A stretch of DNA of 62,870 nucleotides, the filler included, from Craspedostauros australis (lineage: Eukaryota), in the NCBI GenBank assembly GCA_030167865.1. It is 14 parts of 14 records of this genome, joined end to end, with 100 filler letters (N's around TTAATTAATTAA, not from the genome) between each part and the next. Parts side by side here need not be neighbours in the genome. Positions count along the whole stretch, not along the records: positions 12,572 to 15,106 come from JALAGF010004511.1; positions 15,207 to 17,226 come from JALAGF010004512.1; positions 17,327 to 25,094 come from JALAGF010004513.1; 11 more parts are not named here. One strand, written 5' to 3'. The notes below the pieces were generated by a model. The model did no database searches. It saw only the letters and a list, made by a program, of their open reading frames with translations, and was not told the DNA's origin. The translations under genes were made by a program, and so were the position numbers. Of the stretch, positions 12,808 to 25,194 are shown one piece after another (position 1 is the stretch's first letter; every line of letters starts with the position of its first letter).

Positions 12808-13497
12808 CTGCAAATCGTAGTAGTAGAACTATATGTTGGAGGTACACCTGTGGTTCGAATGGTGGTGTGCGCATCGTCTGCTTGATGGCATGGAGGATTG
12901 TGATGTGATGTGTTGTGTTTGAGTTGTTTTTGTGTTTTGTGTTTTGTGTTCTGTGTTTTGTGTTTTGTGTTTTGTGATGAGTGATGTGATTTTGTGACGC
13001 AGACCGTTATTTTTGTGTCGTGAATGGTGTGCGTCGTGGAGCCATCGCGTTGTGTCGTGCCGCTCTGGTCGGAAAAATTCCAGCCGAACCACACACACAA
13101 AACGCTCCAAGGCCTCAACTGCGTCGACTGGAGCACCAGCACAATCGGTGTGTGTTGCGCAAACCAATCGAATGGCAAAGGCTCCTCTTTGTTGGTACCA
13201 CACTCGTACGTCTGTACCACACCGTACCATGCCAGTACTCCACTTCCTTTTCATCACACATGTGCAACCCTCGCGATCTTTGCTGCCGTCAGGTCCACGC
13301 GTCTGTACTCGTCACTGGAGCATCAACGATGCATCCTATGATCATTCATCTCTGCTCGTGCCCTGCCGACGGCACCGCACTAGCACGATTGTCATGTATT
13401 GGTGGAGCAGAGTAGAATAGAGCAGAGCGCAACAAATACACACCATACAATGCTTGTATGCTATACTATGCTATGTTGTGATGTGCTAGTGCAGCTC

Positions 13498-15106
13498 CTA
13501 TAATATGTTACGTACTTGTACACGAAGAGCACAGTCCACTACGCCATGTACTGCTTCGGGCTTGCTAGATGGAGCAGATTGGACTTCCTCTCTTCTGGGT
13601 GCGTCGCCATTGGACGCCTCTTCGTTGATTGTCGCGTCCTCCTTGCCGTCATGCCCGCATTCGTTCCGCTTGGCCTCCTGTCCTGTTCGTGTTGATTGGA
13701 TGCTTTGCTCCTTCGCTGCAGAAGGGTCCATCTCTTCGCTGCCATCGCGTGTTGACGAAGACCCCATTACCTGACTGGGATCATCTTGTGCTGAAGATGA
13801 TCGCGTCCTTGCGCTGATCTCTTCTTGTGGAGTGGGCACCGCAGATGCAGATGCAGATTATGTCTCCGAAATTATGGTTGTTTGTGCAGACTTCTTCGTA
13901 CTGGCGTCGGCTTCTTTCGTTTGCACGTTGTCTCTTGCGCGTCCCATGGTGCTGAGAACCCCAATGGTGGCCAACGATGCAACAGCCGGGGCCAACAGCT
14001 GTGATGAGGTGATGCCCTTCTGCTGACCTTTGCTCTCCTCAGACACCACTGCGCCTTGTTTTGCCTGTGAGTTTGTGGCTGTGGCCGTCGCGGATTGGGC
14101 CGGGTTGCCCACGACTTCATAGGGATCCATCTCGTGGCACACAATGACATCGCCGCTCTCACCATCGTACACCTCGAAGCTCGTGCTGTCGTAGTTCACG
14201 AGGTTGATGACTATTGCTGCACTAGCTGGGTTGCTGGTGGACTTGTCGGTGCCAGTGCTCTGTGCCGAATCGCGTGATGGAAGGGTGTCGTCTCCACATG
14301 GATCCTCGTACGAATGCTTCTCCTCCATGGAGTCGCTGATAACGATAACACCATCGGGATGACTCTGCGATGGTAGATTCTGCTGGTGATCATCTTTGCC
14401 CTCGTTGTCACCGTAGCAGTGGTCATCTTCGTCGTTGAGCACTATGATCTCTTCCACATTTCGCGAGCGGGAGGCGCTCTCTGCTGGGGGTTGTTGCTCG
14501 ATGGAATAATTCTCAGGTGACGCACCACCATGGCTTCCGTGGTCGGTGACATCCATTGGGTCATGTTCAGCCAGAGCACCACCAACATCAGCATTGTCGC
14601 AATCCTTTTCTGCATTCATCAAAGACTTGGTCATGGTCGCTGCGCCAACCCCAAGGACAGCTGCTGCACCTGTGGCTACTCCAGTCCGGGCGTTCTTGGT
14701 GACATCGTCCGATGACGACTTCTCTGTGCTGACCGACTTGTGGGATGAGTTACGCTCGATGTGACCAGTCGAAACACTTGCCGATGCATCTTGAACGGCG
14801 TCGGTACCATCGTTTGTTGAGACCGCAGACGCGTTGTCGGTGCAGCTACCATCGACAGGGTTCGATTTGGCGCTTGCGCTCGTCGCCACGCTGACTGCAG
14901 GGCTGCCATCAGCTGTGACGTTGGGTTTGGCTGTGGCTGTGGCTGTGGTAGTGGTCGTGGGTTTGGCTGCAGCTGCAGCTGCAGCTGCCACAGATGCCGC
15001 CGTAATGACTGCTGCAGCCACGCCAACAGCTGCGGTGGTTTTCAATGCGTTGGCTTCGTCATCCTTGTTGCTACTGTCATCTTTCCCGAAGCCGCGATCG
15101 CTCTGC
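13498..15106 (-). CDS. Low-complexity A/S/T/D-rich disordered protein, 5' truncated; small intron or frameshift near 13850
   Basis: 395-aa ORF followed by a 113-aa ORF of similar composition. Confidence 0.45.
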
Positions 15107-15206
15107 NNNNNNNNNNNNNNNNNNNNNNNNNNNNNNNNNNNNNNNNNNNNTTAATTAATTAANNNNNNNNNNNNNNNNNNNNNNNNNNNNNNNNNNNNNN
15201 NNNNNN

Positions 15207-15959
15207 TCAACTCCCTTTCCAAGGAATCCAACCACAGCAATGTGGACATGGACATGGACGGTGAGGATCCAGCTTCCACCAAAGACCCAATGTCAATGCA
15301 CATCTCCACATCCACCAACCGCCTCATGAGCAGCAGTTCCGCTTCAGCCGGAGTGGTCTTGGACAAAAGTCAATCCACTCATTCCGCCATCCTCCTCAAC
15401 GATATCAACGATATCAACGATACCAACGAAGACATGCCAACCCAGCTCGTCTCGCGCACCAACTCCATCGAAACATCCATCACTCCCATGATGCCCACAA
15501 CTGTTCCGGCGCAAACCATCAATCAAGATCCACCAGTCAAACAGCTCACGCGAAAAGAATCCATCGGACCCCTCCAAGGGATCCAGCAAGCATCTCGATC
15601 CGAAGAACGTGATCGAACAGGACACCGGCAACACCACAAGCATGCATTCCGTTGACATTGAGGCGCAGACGGCCACCACCACAACGCCGACGCTGCAGGA
15701 ACCATCATCGAACAAGAGCAACATCATGGTCCCCGTCATCATCGTGGCTGTCCTCATCGTGGGTGGTGGCATCGCAGCAGGCGTTGTGCTGGCGGGCTGG
15801 ATCATCAGTTTTGTTTTGCAACTCTCGCTGCCGACGCCTCTGACTTTCGTTGACCGCAAATCAAGCATGCTGATCGCCGGAGATAGAGTATCCCAAATAG
15901 TAGTATCATATTATAGTATCATCGTGACTCTCTTTGCTTTGTTTGGTGTTGTTGGTTGA
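15207..15959 (+). CDS. Unknown membrane protein fragment (frameshift or intron near 15630)
   Basis: S/T-rich ORF followed by an overlapping ORF with hydrophobic segments (IMVPVIIVAVLIVGGGIAAGVVLAGWII). Confidence 0.35.
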
Positions 15960-16235
15960 CGCTGCGCGAGGCGGTTTCTCGTCGTTGCAGATGCATCAGT
16001 TTTGTGGTCTTTCAGGAACGCGCACGGGCATGGACATATTCGACTCGCTTGCAGTCAGTGGAGTTGGATGAGAGAAGTTGTCCTACAGTTGTTTAAGGTG
16101 ATACAGCATCGCATCAATCATCGACACACCTTTCTTTGCTTTGTGAACACCGAGCGCCAATCAGAAGCTCCATCGTTTTCACGAGTGTGGCCAGTTGGCT
16201 GCCAATTTCATTGCGCTGGCAGAAGGCCCATGATC

Positions 16236-17226
16236 TTATCGCTGCGGCGCTATTTCTTGTCGTTTCTGATCACGATGTTGGGCAATACGACTACGATCGT
16301 CCCATGTCTGTTTCAACATGTCACTGCACTGCAGCAGAATGTGAAAAGTCTCGTTCGTGGAACCCATTGGACCCCAACGTTTGCTTGTTCTCATCAGCAT
16401 CTCCCCGAACAGGGCCTGTGGCCGTGACCATGTCGGAAGGGAACGCAGCATTGATCTCATCTTGTTGCGATAATTTCGCTGCAAGATACGTTCAACAAGT
16501 GCGTCGTGCCAGTGGTCATATTCATTGGGAAGGCTTGGAGAAATGTCGAGATAGGTGAGTTGGGTAGTCTCCTCCAAGGCTTGCTCAAGTGCTCCCATTT
16601 GTGCTGAGAGGATCTCAGGCGGAACCTCAAACATGCTGGGATCACCATCAACAGAGTATGCGAGAGATGACAAGCTCTTGTTTCCCAGGAGCGATATCAA
16701 TGCATCGAGCCTTGCATCGTGCTCTTGCGGCGGTCGCTCGAACCAATGATTGGAAACTTTGAGCTTCTTCAGGTGTGATGCATCTGAAAGGAGTTTGATG
16801 ATCAGGTTGATGTCTTGTGACAAGGAGGTTTGTTGGGCGTCGCAGAGCCAAAGCCAATCGATGTTGAGCTTGTTGATGCGCTTGTTTGACTGGAATAGCT
16901 TTGCCAAGCTATCGCGAGTGATACGGGTGGCTGGAAAGGATACTTCGGTGACGCTGCAATTGTTTGGAGACAGCCATCGGCACAAATCAGCGCCCCAATT
17001 GGCAAGCTTGCAGGCGCTAAACTCAATCTGTTTCGAGTTTTGGGAGATGTTGAACATGAGGTTGTCGCAATCAACAAGATCACATGAGTACAACTTCACA
17101 CGATGTGTCACAAGAGGGATATCGTGGAGCTGCTTCGTCTTCACGAAACATTGAGTCAATTGGATGCCTTCGTCGAGTGAAGATTTGGGTGGATGTTCGG
17201 TAGCCAATCGAAGTACGAATCGAATC
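16236..17226 (-). CDS. RNI-like leucine-rich-repeat protein, 5' truncated
   Basis: LxxLxI/V repeats (INKLNID, LKKLKVS, LSSLAYS, LTYLDIS) and an ILQRN...W C-terminal pattern resembling expanded diatom LRR families. Confidence 0.55.
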
Positions 17227-17505
17227 NNNNNNNNNNNNNNNNNNNNNNNNNNNNNNNNNNNNNNNNNNNNTTAATTAATTAANNNNNNNNNNNNNNNNNN
17301 NNNNNNNNNNNNNNNNNNNNNNNNNNAGAGATGAAACGGTATAACTGCAATCTGTGCTTGCATCGATGGAGGTTTCAGCCAACGTGCCATACACAGAAAT
17401 TACCAGGAAATAAATGAACCAAGGAAACAAACAGCCACACGAAACGCACTGCGCCGAAAATAAGATGGAGATGATGATGCCAATTGTCAAATCGTCACTT
17501 GTTCA

Positions 17506-17587
17506 TGCCACGGTGGGAATCGAACCCGCACCCTCCCAGGGAGGACAAAAGTAAATCCAGTACTTCACGCATCCCAGCGCTCATGAC
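17506..17587 (-). pseudogene. Degenerate tRNA-Leu-like sequence (tRNA pseudogene or SINE head)
   Basis: 82 nt with T-arm GCGGGTTCGATTCCCAC, variable-arm hairpin CCTCC-CTG-GGAGG and a partly pairing acceptor stem; D and anticodon arms are broken. Confidence 0.45.
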
Positions 17588-17763
17588 ACGTTCGGTACAA
17601 GTGATATATATGTACCCAACAGCAACAGTTGTCACCAATGATGCTCATGATGAATGGCAAGCAGTGACGAACAGCAATCTCCAACGTGCCGCATCGCTCA
17701 GAAACATCAGAAAGGAAGATATCAAACCACTTGTTCTGGAGTAGAGGAGAGCTTGGGACATAG

Positions 17764-19182
17764 TCAATCGCAGCGCCAACAATAGAACCAACAGCAATGA
17801 CAAGGCATGTCATGGCCCGAGGTGCGGTCTGGATTCAAGTCATCAGTGGCAGCACCGTCCGTCTCAATCATTTTGGATGGTTTTGTGGTCAAAGAGCAGA
17901 CAAAGTCCACCAATGTTGCCCAATCCATGTATGAATCCACTTGTGCTGTACCTTCATCCTCATTTATGACCTTGTACAGCTCCATCATGGACATACGAGT
18001 GCACTCGTCATCATTACCATCACTCTCGGCTCTCCCACTGCAAAACACCTGGATCTCCGTCATCAGTTGGGGTTGTAGAATCAGTTTGCTTAAATCTAGA
18101 TGAGTGAACATATCTTTCTCACTTTCAGCTGCCATTCTCATTGCTGCATCCTTCAACACCAAGCAGTTGTGTTGATCGGCGAATATCACCGCATCTATCA
18201 TGGTATCCTCTGTCCTCTGTGAGATGCTTGCGGACCAACTCTGCTTCAAGAACAAGCTTGAGTCGCCAGAAGCCGAATTCGTTGGCCACAAGGATCAGCT
18301 GTTGCGGATCGTCCTGCCCAGTGAGGATGGGAGTTGGCTGGTGAGAGGCATCTACATCGTGGTGAGCGTTGGTGTGAGCGCCAACATGAGCTCCGACGTG
18401 AGCAGCAGCATTGTCACGAGCGCTGTCATTGAAGGATATCTTGGCTGTGTAGATGCATTGGAGGATGTATCGGATGTGTTTTGGTTGAAGGTTGAGAAGA
18501 GGGACAGTTACTTGCATGGGGGCCGTGCCGTCTTCAGCGCCATCATTTGCGTGGTGATGTCGGATTGCTTTGTCGATCAGTGTCTCAATGGATGGGAGTG
18601 TGATGATGAGGGCTTGGGCATTTGCCTTGGTTAGTTGTTGTTGATCGCCCTGTCCACACAAGAAGATGGTGTCTGTCCTGTCCTCAGTTTGGAAGGATAT
18701 GGCCGATCTTCTCCAATGTTGATGTTGGTCCTCTTGTTGCTGCTGTGTTTGTATTCATTCTCTTGCTTCTTTCGCTTCAACTGCTGTCTCAGCTGTTCTT
18801 GTGGTTGTTCATTTGCTTGTTCGTTTCGTTGTAAGCGTTGCTGCAGTTGTTGCAGTTGTGGGTGAGCTGAAGGCGAAAGTCCTCTAATGAGGGACTCGAT
18901 ACACTCCAGTTGGCCGTTGGAGCATGCCCAATGAAGGGGAGTCCAACCATAGTTGTTTTGGCAGTTGATGTTCGCCCCACATGATTCGATGAGGTACTCC
19001 ATACACTCCAGGTGGCCGTTGTAGCATGCCAAATGAAGGGGAGTCCAACCATTCCTGCCTGTAACCATGTTGACATCAACTCCTTCATTCTGCGTCTTGT
19101 TCTGCTTCTTCCACTCCTTCAACACCGACAATTCACCGTCCCAGGCAGCACTAATGAGTTGTTCGTCCGTAACATTCTCCAT
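17764..19182 (-). pseudogene. ANK(2)-coiled-coil-BTB/BACK-like gene, copy A, frameshifted
   Basis: Two GWTPLH repeats, a Q-rich coil, then BTB (TDTIFLCG...ILQCIYT...LILVANEFGFWRLK) in another frame; paralogous to copies B and C. Confidence 0.8.
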
Positions 19183-19510
19183 TTTGAGAGGATGGTCGAT
19201 GGTTGCTGGACGATTGATGTTGGACGTTGAACGATTGGTGTTGGATTGACTGTCGAGGAAGTGTGCTGTTCGAGCTACCCAGGACATGTCTGTTGTTGAT
19301 GTGTTGGAGTGTGGGGTTGAGCGGTGTGTGCGGTTGCCTCGTTTCAATGTCCTCCCGTTTCTCTCCTCATTTCTCTGTTTGTCCACGTCTTGATCGCACC
19401 CTGGTTTGGAAGAGGGCACCAGCGCTGTTCGGAGAGTGCGGATCCTTCCTTTTGCTGACTACGAACTGGCGCACACAACAACGAGAAGAAGGAAAAGAAC
19501 ACGACGTGCC

Positions 19511-22500
19511 CAGTACATCATGGTGATGTACGATCACGATTCCAACGCGATTCTTTCGCGACCCCTTCGCAGTTGACACGCGACGGAGCTCACGCGAGCG
19601 TGTGATGAACTTTTGGCGGTTCTCCTTCGCAGCGGAATGACACCACGTTTTCACCAACTGGATAATGAGGCACCAAAGGAACTCAAGCACCTCATCAAGT
19701 CCAAAGGCATCCAATACCAGCTCGTGTTGCCAGGCATCCATCGGCGCAATGCTGCAGAGAGAGCCATCTCCACTTGGAAAGACCACTTCATTGCTGGACT
19801 CGCCACAGCCGACGAGGCGTTTCCGCTCCGTCTGTGGTGCCAACTTCTCCCGCAGTGCGACATCACGCTCAACCTATTGAGACCGTCAAGAGTAAACCCG
19901 CACATCTCCATGCACCACGCCCTCCACAGCAACTTCGACTTCAATGTAACACCAATGGCACCTCCTGGAACAAAGGCAGTCATCCACGACAAACCAAACA
20001 AGCAAGCCACATGGGTACCACACAGATCTGCAGGATGGTACATCGCGCCAGCGCTCGAACACTACCGGTGCTACAAGGTGTACTCCAACAAGGCACGCAA
20101 GGTCCGCGTCACAGACACCATCAAACTGATGCCAAGCAAGTGCGCGATTCCCACCCCACCCAATGCAGAGATGGCCATCAAAGCGGCCGGAGACCTCGCC
20201 GCCGCACACACCAAACCATGCGCGCTGCTCCAAACAGTTGGCGACAAGCCACTGGGAGCACTCAAGCAGCTCAGCAACATCTTCCAGCAGGCGCTCCCCG
20301 AGACGCCCACAGCGCCACCTCCAAGGGTGCTCGCCCAAACAAACAGCAGCAGCACGCAGAAACGTGTGACCTTCCAAACACCGACACGTGCACCTCCGAG
20401 GGTGCCCCTGGCAGCACCGCACGTAACAGACGACGAAGCAGACTCGGAACCAGAATCGGACACCAATGACGACGACGACAACGACGAGTGCACCAACGCG
20501 ACAGCGCCCACCACAAAAGACACCGAGATGGCACCACGTACACGACTACGCACCAGCACCATTCAACGCAAACAATGGGCGCGCGGAGCAACCACTGCCA
20601 ACGCAGTCATCAATGAGTGCACAGGCACGGCGTACGAGTGCCGCCACCTCATCGCCAGCAAAGTCCACAGACACACCCCGGAGCAACGGTACACATTATT
20701 CGCAAACGAAATTGGGCGATTGGCACAAGGAATCGGAACCCGCATCCCAGCATCGGCAGCAACCAACACCATCTTCTTTGTCCCCAAATTGGCAGTACCG
20801 CGCGATCGCACCGTCACCTACGGCCGCATTGTATGCGCCGTACGACCACAAAAGGTCGAGACACATCGCACACGCTTAACCGTGGGAGGCAATCTCATCG
20901 ATAACCCCTTCAATGTGCACACGCCCACCGCGGAACTCACCACAGCGAAGTGTTTGTTCAACAGCATCGTCTCCACCCCGAATGCGAGATTCATGACCAT
21001 TGACATCAAAGATTTTTATCTGAACACCGAAATGGACAGATACGAATACATGCGCATAGTTGAGATTCAATGAGGGACAGACTAGTACCGAACACGGTAT
21101 CAACCCGATGGGAGAAATTCTTGTTTTGGCGCGAAATCTTCCGACTTGATTGACCACCAAACCTTTTTCTCCTCCTTTCTCTCCTGCATTCACGAATCCG
21201 TCATGACTCAAACCTGACCGACCTGACTCACACCCCACCTGGGAACTATATGCTCTTCAGATCCTCCTTACTAAAACNTANCTCGATTCCTTCATTGCTG
21301 ANGACNANCACACTACCACCGTGGTCTCAGCATGCGTATCCAACTTGCTTCAACTCAAGCAATGGAATCCGAGTGTCAGCTTCAGCCACAGCCTCTGCTT
21401 CATGACCGTCGCCACTGATAGTCATGACCTACACTGCAGTGTAACTACATGTGCGGAGAGCAAAGTACTGTATTGACCGTCTACTCTGTTGCACTGAATC
21501 AAGTGCATCAGTGCAGGGTCTCGCCAAGTTGTGTGGCATCGTTTCTTCACCCTACTAACACCAATAAGCTAACTCATAATAACAGACAAGGATTAGCTAC
21601 AAAGCACTCTACTNCTCATCGTTACAAGTTATAACTCTTCAATCAGTACACCTCTCTTGAACTGCATCACACGGCTATCCCGAAGCCGGCAGATTCACGA
21701 GGCATTCACCACCGATTCGCGACGCCTACGCCCGAATCCTAACTCGCATGCCAATGGCAATGATACCACTGGAGATTGTCGAGCAGTACCACCTTCCCAA
21801 GCTGGAACACAATGGCAACATGTACGTCGAAGTGCGAAAGGGCATGTACAGGCTGCCACAAGCAGGCAAAATCGCAAATGTGAAGCTCCAAAAACACCTT
21901 GCCACATTCGGATACCGGCCAGCCCCACACACTCCAGGGTTGTGGAAGCATAACTGCAGACCCATCACATTCACTCTCGTCATGGACAACTTTGGCGTCA
22001 AATACGTGGGCAAGGAACACGCGCAGCACCTCATTGGGGCACTTCAGACCATATACAAATGCACCATCGAATGGGACAGCGACCTATACTGCGGTGTCAG
22101 TCTCAAATGGGACTATGACACATAGAAAGCCAAACTTTCCATGCCGGGATACATGCAAAAAACACTTCACAAATTCCAACATCCGATCCCCACCAAACCA
22201 CAGCACGCGCCAGCACCATGCAAAGCACCAGTCTACGGCGCGAGAACGCAAGAACCCAAATTGGAGGACACCGCACCGGAACTACCCGCCAAGGAAATCA
22301 TCCGCATCCGACAGATAGTAGGGACCCTACTATACTACGCAAGAGCCGTCGACCCAACCATCCTTCCAGCTGTCAGCGATATTGCCACACAACAGGCGCA
22401 TGCCATACACAACACGGCAAACTGGGTCAGACAGCTGCTTGACTACTGCACCACCCATCCCAGCGCGACCATCATGTACAACGCCAGCAACATGGTCCTA

Positions 22501-23048
22501 CATGTCGACAGCGACGCATCCTACCTGAGCCTACCCAAGGCCAGAAGTCGCGCGGGAGGCCACATGTACCTCAGCAGCCGATCCCCAACAGACGACAAGG
22601 CGCCCATCAAGCCGCCTCCAAACAACGGGGCCATCCACACGGTTTGCAACAAAATTCAGAATGTCACGAGCAGCAGCCGAAGCCGAAGTTGGCGCGCTAT
22701 ACCTGAACTGCACGGCAGCCTCAGCCCTACGCACCAGACTCAACAAGCTTGGCCACACCCAACCGCCCACGCCCATCAAGACGGACAATTCCACAGCATC
22801 CAGCATCGTCAACAAAACCATGAAGCAACGTCGCACCAGAGCAATGGACATGCAATTCTACTGGGTATGAGACCGGATACAGCAAGGACAATTCATTGTC
22901 TACTGGGCCCCCGGATCTGACAATCTTGCCGACTACTTCACGAAGCACCATCCGACGGCTCATCAGAAAAATGAGAGAAGTATACCTCAAGCCTACACCT
23001 GACAGCGGCAAATCAGCAAGACAGATCATGTTGGGAGTCACGCGAGGG
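19511..23048 (+). mobile_element. Diatom copia element (IN-RT-RNaseH), 5' truncated and decayed
   Basis: YDHDSNAIL, LDNEA, NAAERAI, RLTVGG, DIKDFYL, KGMYRLPQAG, HVDSDASYLS, KTDNSTA. Confidence 0.93.
21058..21744. mobile_element. 687-bp nested insertion (solo LTR or MITE) with AGTT...AACT ends
   Basis: 5-bp TSD CGCAT at 21053-21057 and 21745-21749; imperfect TIR AGTTGAGATTC / GAATCCTAACT; excision restores RT YMRMPM. Confidence 0.88.
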
Positions 23049-23237
23049 TGTATTGATTCCAGTCCCGTGCGTGACCCAACTGACCTACGTACGCAAAGTG
23101 CACACCTCACGCCCACTTTCCTCTTCGAGCAGAGCAAGACACTAGCAGGAGCTAAGACCGCAACTCCTCAGCTCATCAATGCAATAGCTCATAATATTAG
23201 CGAACAACATTGATTCACACACTACTCATCATATTCA
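23049..23237 (+). repeat. 3' LTR of the copia element
   Basis: Purine tract GCGAGGG then TG...CA; the host ANK-BTB paralog resumes at 23238. Confidence 0.75.
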
Positions 23238-24986
23238 CGGGATTCCTTTGTTCATCAGTGTCTGAATGGATGGGACAGTGATCATGAGGACTTCGGCGTT
23301 TGCCTTGATTGGTTGCTGTTAGTTGCCCTGTCCACACAAGAAGATTGTGTCTGCCCTGTTCTCGGTTTGGAAGGATCTGAGCTAGTCTTATCCAATGCTG
23401 ATGTTGGTCCTCTTGTGGCTACCGTGTTTGTGTTCATTCTCTTTCTTCTTCCGCTTCAACTGCTGTCTCAACTGTTCTTGTGGTTGTTCATTTGCTTGTT
23501 CGTTTTGTTGTAAGTGTTGCTGCAGTTGTTGCAGTTGTGGGTGAGCTGAAGGCAAAAGTCCTCTAATGAGGGACTCGATACAGTCCAGGTGGTTGTTGTG
23601 GCATGCGATATGAAGGGGAGTGTATCCATGGTTGTTTTGGCAGTTGATGTTCGCCCCACATGATTCGATGAGGTACTTCACACACTTCAGCTGGCCATGC
23701 ATGCATGCCTTATGGAGGGGAGTGTAACCAGCGCTGGTTTTGCAGTTGATGTCCGCCTCACATGATTCAATGAGGTACTTCACACACTCCAGCTTGCCCT
23801 TCCAGCATGCATTATGAAGGGGAGTCCAACCATGGTTGTTTTGGCAGTTGATGTTCGCCTCACATGATTTGATGAGGTACTTCACACACTCCAGGTGGCC
23901 ATTGCGGCATGCGTCATGAAGGGGAGTGTTGCCATTGTTGTCTTCGCGGTTGATGTTCGCCTCACATGATTTGATGAGGTACTTCACACACTTGAGGTGG
24001 CCGTTGTGGCATGCGTGATGAAGGGGAGTGGAGCCATTGTTGGCTTTGCAGTTGATGTTTGCCTCACATGATTCGATGAGGTACTTGACACACTCCAGGT
24101 GGCTGTTCCAGCATGCCACATGAAGGGGAGTGTCACCATCGTTGTCTTTGCAGTTGATGTCCGCCTCACATGATTCGATGAGGTACTCTACACACTTGAG
24201 GTGGCCGTTGTGGCATGCGTGATGAAGGGGAGTGTTGCCATCGCTGTCTTCGCGGTTGATGTTCGCCTCGCGTGATTTGATGAGGTACTTCACACACTCC
24301 AGGTGGCCACGAAAGCATGCCCGATGAAGGGGTGTGTTTCCATTGTTGTCTTCACAGTTGATGTTGCCCTCACATGATTCGATGAGGTACTTGACACACT
24401 GCAGATTGCCGTTATTGCATGCGTCATGAAGGGGAGTCCAACCATTGTTGTCTTTGCAGTTGATGTTCGCCCCACATGATTTGATGAGATACTCGATACA
24501 CTTCAGATGGCCGTTCATGCATGCATAATGAAGGGGAGTGGAGCCAGCATTGTCTTCGCAGTTGATGTCAGCTCCACATGATTTGATGAGGTACTTGATA
24601 CACTCCAGGTAGCCGTTATTGCATGCGTCATGAAGGGGAGTCCAACCATCGTTGTCTTTGCAGTTGATGTTCGCCTCACATGATTTGATGAGATACTCGA
24701 TACACTTCAGATGGCTGTTCATGCATGCATAATGAAGGGGAGTAGAGCCAGCGTTGTCTTCGCAGTTGATGGCAGCTCCACATGATTTGATGAGGTACTT
24801 GATACACTCCAGGTGGCCGTTGGAGCATGCCTCATGAAGGGGAGTGCGACCAAACCAGTCTGTAACCTTGTTGGCATCAACCCGTTTTTTCTTGCTCTTC
24901 TTGTTGTGCTTCTTCCATTTCTTCAACACCGACAAGTAACCTTCTTTGGCAGCATCAAGTAGTTGTCTGTGCGTAACATTCGGCAT
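23238..24986 (-). CDS. ANK(13)-coiled-coil protein, copy B; in-frame BTB remnant after nonsense codons
   Basis: 532-aa ORF (23388-24986) with 13 TPLH repeats at 99-bp period. The frame continues IG*D*LRSFQTENRADTIFLCGQGN*QQPIKANA until the copia LTR. Confidence 0.88.
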
Positions 24987-25194
24987 GTTGAGGGGATGGT
25001 CGATGGTTGCTGGACGATTGACGTTGGGCGATTGGCGTTGGATTGCCTGTCGAGGAAGTGTGTAGTCTGAGCTACCAATGGCAGAGATATCGATNNNNNN
25101 NNNNNNNNNNNNNNNNNNNNNNNNNNNNNNNNNNNNNNTTAATTAATTAANNNNNNNNNNNNNNNNNNNNNNNNNNNNNNNNNNNNNNNNNNNN

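Noticed and set aside
12927..12975. (TTTTGTG)n tract as a telomere-like repeat
   Set aside because: Short, interstitial and not a TTAGGG-type unit; ordinary simple repeat.
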